Source of the DNA: Mantamonas sphyraenae STR306 | Lineage: Eukaryota > Protista > CRuMs | Direction of reading: 5' to 3' | Assembly: GCA_026936335.1 (NCBI GenBank) | Contig: JAPMXV010000052.1 | Coordinates: 496,001-560,000 of the forward strand | Length of the DNA stretch: 64,000 nt | Shown: positions 57,932 through 64,000 of the stretch, one piece after another | How the letters are laid out: every line of letters begins with the position of its first letter | How positions within the stretch are numbered: position 1 is the first letter of the stretch | Position numbers and translations under genes: made by a program | The notes under the pieces: model-generated | Told to the model about the DNA's origin: nothing | What the model saw: the letters and a program-made list of their open reading frames with translations, nothing else | The model's database searches: none

Positions 57932-59600
57932 TTAGGGCGCGACATTGGACATCTCTTCTTTTGAGGTTTTGGGGTCGTGGCTGAGCTTGCGGTGTTTTGC
58001 GTAGAAGAGGGCGGTGGAGATGATGGAAGCGAGGAGACCCAAGACAAAGGCAATGGAGAGGAACTCCTGGGAGACAGCAGGCTGGGACTGCTTGACGCGG
58101 AGCGGAGTGGTGACATAAGAAAGGTAGACGACGGAGGAGACGCAGTAGATGCCGGCGACGCTGATCATGGGGAAAGTGGACCATCGGTCCTCCTGGACGG
58201 CGGTCACAATGAACACGCCCTCGCGGCGCTCGAGCCACTGGGAAATGAACTCTGTGATAATTTTGCCGAGAGCCATGATGATGGAATTGGTCATGAGTTG
58301 GCCCGGGTTGGAGCTGCTGCGGCAGGACTCGGCAAAGGAAAGGGATGGACAGTGGCTGGACCAGACGATGAGGAGGATGGGCAGGGAGATGATGGCGCCG
58401 ACGTCCATGATAAAGGTGTCGCGAGAGTGGTGAGCGGAGAGATAGCGCTGTTGAAGGCGGAAATCGGCGTCTACTTCGTCGGCCTTTGCGAGACCTGCAA
58501 AGAAGGGAAAGGTGCGTGCGATCCAAAAGCGGATGCGTAGAAAGAGGCCGCGAGAGAAAATCTCTGTGATGGAGGTGAAGAGGGTGATGAGGACGACGTT
58601 GTCGACGAGGGAGACGCTGGCGACCAGCACTCGGGAGACGGTTACGCTCATGCTGTCGAGCATGGAAAGGAGGCCGTGGGATTGATGGACGCCGCCGGTG
58701 TAGCTGATGGCGATCTTTGCAAGATGGGTGCCGTCTGGAAAGGGGGAAGGGCAGGGTGAGTAGGTGAGTGTGTACGTGGAGGGAGAGAGGGCGACTTACA
58801 GCTGAGAACGACGTAGAAGAGGCCTCGTTGGAGGATGAGGAGAAGGGTGACGCTGATGGGATCCCTGATGTACTGGACCATGAGTCCAAAGACGACGTTG
58901 ACGAGGATTTCTGAGGGTTGGAGGGGGTTTGTGAGTGGGAGGAGACAGAGCGGGAAGGGGTGGGGTGGGGTGGGGTGGGGTGGGAGGATCACGTACCGAT
59001 GATGTAAAAGGAAAATGTGATTGCCGAGACGGTGTAGGCCCAGGTGAACATGTGGTAGCGATTGTCCGAGAGCGGGCGGGAGTGGAAGTAGATGACAAAC
59101 GGAGTGAGGACGTCTGCGATGGCCGCAACTGCCGGGGTGGAGTCGAGAAGGTGCCAGCCAAGGCCGTAGGTGATGACAAGCTGGGCAACGAGGACGGCAA
59201 GGCGAAAGCAGACGACAGGGACGATCATTTTGAAGCCGAGGAAGCCGAAGCAGCGAAGTACGAGAAGGATCCACCACAAGGCGCGGAGGTGCGGGAGCAG
59301 AAAGAAGGTTTGGCTGATGGCAGAGGAGTAGTCCAGGGTATCTGTGCGCAATCCAGAAAAGATGGAGCCCCAGGCAAGGACAATGCCGCCGTAGAGACAT
59401 CCCTGGGCGACGAGGAAGAGATGTGTGCGCCAGTGAGGAAAACGGGGCTCTTGGGTCTCTGTTCCCTCGTTTTCCTCGATGGGCACGGAGGGAAAGTAGC
59501 GGGACTTGGCACGCTCGACGATGGAGGCAGAGCGCGAGGGGGTGTACTGGGACATGCGCTTGTCTCGTGGCGCGGGTTGGTCGTCGTCGTGGGGCGGCAT
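57932..59600 (-). CDS. Uncharacterised polytopic membrane protein (multi-exon)
   Basis: Hydrophobic ORF segments joined by GT-AG introns; no family recognised. Confidence 0.6.
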
Positions 59601-59694
59601 GGCGAAGGGAAACGGACGTGGGTTTGCGCGGTTTGTTTGGTTTGCTGTGCGTTTCATGCGACATGGCAGCCAACAGAAAAGCAAAGAACCCACG

Positions 59695-60864
59695 ATGGCA
59701 AAGACAGCACTGCTCGTTATTCTTGCCCTTTTGGCCTGCAGCATGATTGCGCACGCCGAGGAGGCTGTGGTCGACGCGTCGGCGGTGGAGGAATCCACAA
59801 ACGAGGTGTCGGACGACAGCATGGCGGAGGATCTGGAGGACACGGAGGACTCGGAGGCGACGGACGATGCTGACTCGAGGTGAGTGACCGCGATGCGAAC
59901 ACTGGAGCGGGGAACGCAGGAGAGGGCGAGAAGGCGAGCTCCGCCACGAAAAAAAAAGGGTGATGCTGGAACATGCGTGCCACACAGCGTGTATGCGGAG
60001 GAGGACGTATGGGGGGTTGCAGATGGGCGCGATGAGTGGCCACTGGAGGTTTGCAGGCGTTGATATTTGCGGACAGAAGAGAATGGGTGTTGAGAAGGCG
60101 TGGGGGGCCAACGTGTCGGGTGGGGCTGAGGGAAAAATTGCAGCCCGAAAAAGCGGGAGGCAGGATGGGAGGCTAACACGAGAGGGGTGCACAGCGAGAA
60201 GGACAGCGATGCGGAAGCAACTGCAGAAGACGATCTGAGCAGCAGCGAGGGAGACGAATACGACGAGAGCGAATGGGCAGGCGTCGTGGCCGACTCGGAC
60301 AAGGATTCGGACAAGAACTTCTGGGGCCGGTTCCGGTTCCGGTTCCGACGCTTCCGCTTCCCTGCGATCCGCATCCCGAAGCCTAAGCCGACGCCGAAGC
60401 CAACGCCGAAGCCGCAGCCGACGATCAAGTGCGACCCTGCGAAGCTGCCCGCAGCAATCAAGAAGAACATGAAAGCGTACAACAAGATCCCTGCGTGCGG
60501 TCGCCCGTGCAACGGCTGGCTGCCCAAGTGCCGCCCGGAGACGTGCGGTACCGCGGCATGCAACGGCTGCGAGGATATGTGCAAGAAGTACCGTGCTCGT
60601 GGCACGACCGATGGTCAGGTGCTGAACGAGATTGAGAACCGCATCCTGCGCAACAAGGTGCCGCCTCGTCGAAGCAGCTGCAAGCCAGGCAAACCATGCA
60701 CCAAGGTCTTCCATTCGTTCTGGAACAGCGTGTTCAACGTTGCCGATGAGGACGAGTCGGAGGACGAGGCGGAGGTGGCCGACTTTGCCTTTGAGGACGA
60801 CGATGACGAGGATGCGGATGTGCTCGACAGCGAGTCGACCGAGTCGGATGCCGACGAGGTTTAA
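59695..60864 (+). CDS. Secreted precursor: signal peptide, acidic propiece, cationic Arg/Phe + Cys-rich core, acidic tail (intron 59880-60194)
   Basis: MAKTALLVILALLACSMIAHA, D/E-rich region, FWGRFRFRFRRFRF, PK repeats, 10 Cys, D/E-rich C-terminus. Confidence 0.7.
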
Positions 60865-60892
60865 GATTTGTTTGGGTTGTGTGAGAGAAGAA

Positions 60893-61804
60893 ATGGAATG
60901 CGGTGGTGTGGATTTCGGCGAAACGTTCTGCGCGCTGTGGAGGCAAGCGCAAATGGCCACAGCAACATCCGCCCGCTCCAAATCGGGTGTTTGCGGACAG
61001 ATTGGCGTGTATGCAGCGATGGTGTTGCTTGTGCTGTGTGTCTCGCTGTTCCTGGTGGCCGTTGCATTTCCTGCAAACCCGGCAGCTGGGGAAGGAACGC
61101 TTCAAGCAGGCGCCGTGGTGTCTCTGATCGCGTCGGGGATCTTGGTTCTGCTCTGCGGCTGTGTGTGGAAGCGCGACGTTAACCGACGGTGGCGCGAGAG
61201 TTGGAATGATGTCGATTTCGAGAAAGACGTCCAGCTCACGGCTGTGGAAGGTTTGGGCGAGAGGAGCCTGCCCTCCAAGAAGGCTACGGCGAAGCTGCTG
61301 GTGCTGAGAGTCGGCTTGCCTCTGTTTGACCTCATCACCGACATTCTGCTGCTCAACAAGGTCCTGGGTGCATGCTACGTTGCCCTCTCAGGGAGCGACG
61401 ACCCCATTGTCGTCCTCACACAAATTCTGGCGGGCACGAGCACGGTCGTAGGGGCCTTTGTGTTTTGCTTCTTCCTCACAAACGTTGCCAAGTCTGTTCG
61501 TGGGCGCGATGCAGAGGTCGATTCGCCGTGGGAGGCGGTAGTTCGGCATCTGGCCCGGGCGGCGACTCGGGAAGAAGTGACCGTGTCGCGCAGCGGGTGC
61601 GCGGACGCCAACCGGGCACGCAAGATGCGTTTGCTGCAGATTTTTGGCGAAGATGTGCTGCAGGTGGTGGTTGGGTTTTTTGTTTTTCTCAACGACCCGA
61701 TCCTAGATATCCAAGTGCTGCTGTCGGTTGTGGTTTCGCTCGTGGCGATCATGCGCGTGCTCGTGCTTGAGCTTCCCTCCTGTGTCCTGCATTCTTCTGT
61801 GTGA
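60893..61804 (+). CDS. Uncharacterised multi-TM protein (start uncertain)
   Basis: About 6 hydrophobic helices; FDLITD and GEDVLQ motifs. Confidence 0.55.
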   Translation: MECGGVDFGETFCALWRQAQMATATSARSKSGVCGQIGVYAAMVLLVLCVSLFLVAVAFPANPAAGEGTLQAGAVVSLIASGILVLLCGCVWKRDVNRRWRESWNDVDFEKDVQLTAVEGLGERSLPSKKATAKLLVLRVGLPLFDLITDILLLNKVLGACYVALSGSDDPIVVLTQILAGTSTVVGAFVFCFFLTNVAKSVRGRDAEVDSPWEAVVRHLARAATREEVTVSRSGCADANRARKMRLLQIFGEDVLQVVVGFFVFLNDPILDIQVLLSVVVSLVAIMRVLVLELPSCVLHSSV

Positions 61805-61836
61805 TCGTTCGTGAAGATGAGGAGGGGCAGGAAGAA

Positions 61837-61992
61837 ATGGCGCTGGAAGGGCAAGTGCTCGGCTGCACGCCGCCGCAGGTGTTTTTCGCGCTGGCCTTCA
61901 TGGCCGCTTCAGCACTGTTCATTGTTTTGTTGAATGTGAACGCGTCAGGTGGGGGGATTCAATTGGTGTCGAGTGAGGCGGGGAAGTGTTGA
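61837..61992 (+). CDS. Possible small single-TM protein or gene fragment
   Basis: Short ORF with one hydrophobic helix only. Confidence 0.25.
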   Translation: MALEGQVLGCTPPQVFFALAFMAASALFIVLLNVNASGGGIQLVSSEAGKC

Positions 61993-62124
61993 GGTTAGTG
62001 GGTGGGTGGGGGAGGGGTCGGGAGTGACGGGAGATGAGGCACGCAGGCCTGCCCCACTGAGAGTAGCGTCTCGAATTGTGGAGGGAGAGGTGTGAATGGG
62101 AGATTGTGGGAATGAAGGGGTGGT

Positions 62125-64000
62125 TCATTCGAGCCGTTGGCGTTTGGAGGAGGAGGAGGAGGAGGAGGAGGAGGAAGGTTCTTTTCGCTTGGGCAGGGTG
62201 AAGGAGGGGATGGGGTAGGCGTTGACGAGTGCGACGGTGGTCGGACGGGTGGAGATGTGGGGTGTGATGCGGTCGATGAGGGTGTGGAGGAGGGTGTGCA
62301 GTGTGGCGTCGCTGGGTTTGGGTTTGTCAAGCCAGGCGATCTTGAGGGAGAGGGTGGTGACGCCGCGGGTGAGAGATCTGCTGATGGCAGTGGCAACGTG
62401 CTGGTAAGTGAGCTGTGGCCTGAGGAGGCGGACAAAGAAGGCCAAGTCGACAGGTGGCACGCCAACATTGCCCAGCACCAGGATGATGTGTCGCAGCAGG
62501 GACTGCAGGCTGCCGTTGTTGATCAGCTTGCGCAGTGCCTGGTGCTCGTGTGTGTGCTGATGGCGAGGGTGCTTGGCTGCGCGTGCCTTCATGTGTGCCA
62601 GCAGCGGCCGGAACTCCCGCGCCGTGCAGCTGCCACGCTCGTCGCTGGGAGAGGCACTGCTCCAGCCACTGCGCACAGACTCAGGATGCCACTTGTCCAC
62701 CTTGGTGGTGGTGAGGTGGTGGTCGTAGTCGCATTGTGTCCAGTGTGGGTCGCTGTCGTTGTCAGCAGGGCGTCGTGCTTCCTGCAGCCACTGCTGGGTC
62801 TGCTCGTGCTCCTTCCAGCTGGTGGGATGGGGCCTGTCGCCAAGTGTGTCCATCTCTGTCACAAGCAGGTGGAGGAGGGCGTAGTTTGGGTCGTGGGGCT
62901 CCTCCAGCCAGAACACCTTCAACTCAGCCTTTGTCACACCCGTGGCCAGACCAGCGTGGTTGATGGCAAATCTGCACGCCTTTTGATCCATGTCACGGCC
63001 GAGAAGGGTGAGGCAGAAGGCCAAGTCGCCCTGGGAGAGGGGAATGTTGCCCAGAGCGAGCAGGATCTGTCGGATCAGCGTGCGCATGGTGCCATCGCAG
63101 ACCACAACACGCGCCTGCAGGGTGATGAGGTCGGGGATGTCATCGATAGGATGCTCGTTGGCCAGAGCGTGCATGTGGTTCAGCAGTGCCGTGTGCTCCA
63201 TCTTGTTGCTGTGGGTGCGCTCGCTCTTGCGCCACTTTGTCCAACCACTGCGCACAACGCCATCTGGCAGTCCATCCTCGACGGCCACCTTCTCCTCCTC
63301 TGTAGGCTCGGGCAGAACAAGCTCCGGGATATCGAGGGTGTTGACGGCGTCGACGGTGGTGGGTCGGGTGGTGATGTGGGGTGTGATGCGGTCGATGAGG
63401 GTGTGGAGGAGGGTGTGCAGTGTGGCGTCGCTGGGTTGGGGGTTGTCGAGCCAGGCGATCTTGAGGGAGAGGGAGGTGACGCCCCGGGTGAGGTTGTTGC
63501 AGATGGTACTTTTAACCTTCTGGTAGGTGAGTTGTGGCCTGAGGAGGCGGACAAAGAAGGCCAGGTCGACAGGCGGCACGCCAACGTTGCCAAGCGCCAG
63601 GATGATGTGCCGCACCAGGGAGTGCAGGCTGCCGTTGTTGATCAGCTCACGCAGTGCATGGTGCTCGTGTGTGTGCTGATGGCGAGGGTGCTTGGCTGCA
63701 CGTGCCTTCATGTGTGCCAGCAGCGTCTGGAACTCCCGCGCCGTGCAGCTGCCACGCTCGTCTGCGGTGTTGCACCAGCCACTGCGCACAGACTCAGAAT
63801 GCCACTTGTCCACCTCGGTGGTGGTGGTGAGGTGGTGGTCGTAGTCGCATTGAGTCCAGTGTGGGTCGCTGTCGTTGTCAGCAGGGCGTCGTGCTTTCTG
63901 CAGCCGCAGCTGGGTCTGCTTGTGCTCCTTCCAGGTGGTGGGATGGGCTGTGTCGCCAAGAGTGTCCATCTCTGTCATGATGAGGTGGAGGAGGGCGTAG
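62125..64000 (-). CDS. Intronless protein built of tandem ~170-200 aa unknown domains (5' end beyond the window)
   Basis: The frame is open to the window edge. Three copies of RSGW...LL.HM...HP...I.LALGN...DLAF...W; C-terminal KRQRLE. Confidence 0.7.
   Translation of the reverse strand, partial: YALLHLIMTEMDTLGDTAHPTTWKEHKQTQLRLQKARRPADNDSDPHWTQCDYDHHLTTTTEVDKWHSESVRSGWCNTADERGSCTAREFQTLLAHMKARAAKHPRHQHTHEHHALRELINNGSLHSLVRHIILALGNVGVPPVDLAFFVRLLRPQLTYQKVKSTICNNLTRGVTSLSLKIAWLDNPQPSDATLHTLLHTLIDRITPHITTRPTTVDAVNTLDIPELVLPEPTEEEKVAVEDGLPDGVVRSGWTKWRKSERTHSNKMEHTALLNHMHALANEHPIDDIPDLITLQARVVVCDGTMRTLIRQILLALGNIPLSQGDLAFCLTLLGRDMDQKACRFAINHAGLATGVTKAELKVFWLEEPHDPNYALLHLLVTEMDTLGDRPHPTSWKEHEQTQQWLQEARRPADNDSDPHWTQCDYDHHLTTTKVDKWHPESVRSGWSSASPSDERGSCTAREFRPLLAHMKARAAKHPRHQHTHEHQALRKLINNGSLQSLLRHIILVLGNVGVPPVDLAFFVRLLRPQLTYQHVATAISRSLTRGVTTLSLKIAWLDKPKPSDATLHTLLHTLIDRITPHISTRPTTVALVNAYPIPSFTLPKRKEPSSSSSSSSSSKRQRLE
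62221..64000. repeat. Direct internal duplication with period ~1116-1119 nt (62221-62884 vs 63340-64000)
   Basis: Near-identical nucleotide blocks visible, e.g. gatgtggggtgtgatgcggtcgatgagggtgtggaggagggtgtgcagtgtggcgtcgctggg in both copies. Confidence 0.9.

Overview
This is a very compact, GC-rich eukaryotic (protist-like) genomic window with about 37 protein-coding genes and short GT-AG introns (frequent GCTGAC/ACTGAC branch point, CA-rich 3' ends). Intergenic gaps are mostly 0-220 nt. Most genes are housekeeping: RNMT, VPS26, cyclin, VPS34, RPP14, MED12, DnaJ, ATG8, PP4R3, PLD3, RAB2, CPSF30, EMG1, YVH1, CDC50 and ATG101. The standout is a ~5.5-kb block inserted between the convergent ATG8 and PP4R3 genes. 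It holds one intronless 1749-codon ORF (22321-27570) whose C-terminus carries a TnpB/Fanzor-type RuvC + zinc-finger module with a Fanzor1-style rearranged catalytic Glu. About 1400 aa lie N-terminal to RuvC-I, including possible SAP-like and degenerate PIN/FEN-like segments. The ORF is followed directly by a ~170-nt highly base-paired, probably pseudoknotted non-coding region (27586-27757), a candidate omegaRNA scaffold. Together these suggest an unusually large eukaryotic RNA-guided nuclease system. Other oddities are an acylated ankyrin-PKA regulatory subunit fusion, a Nudix-YVH1 fusion, a compact DEG/ENaC-like channel, an antimicrobial-peptide-like precursor, a higher-order repeat protein, a 9-nt stop-to-start gap and a GC-skew switch. 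Several single-base frameshifts in low-complexity tracts suggest consensus errors. All family calls rest on motif recognition by eye; no searches were run.
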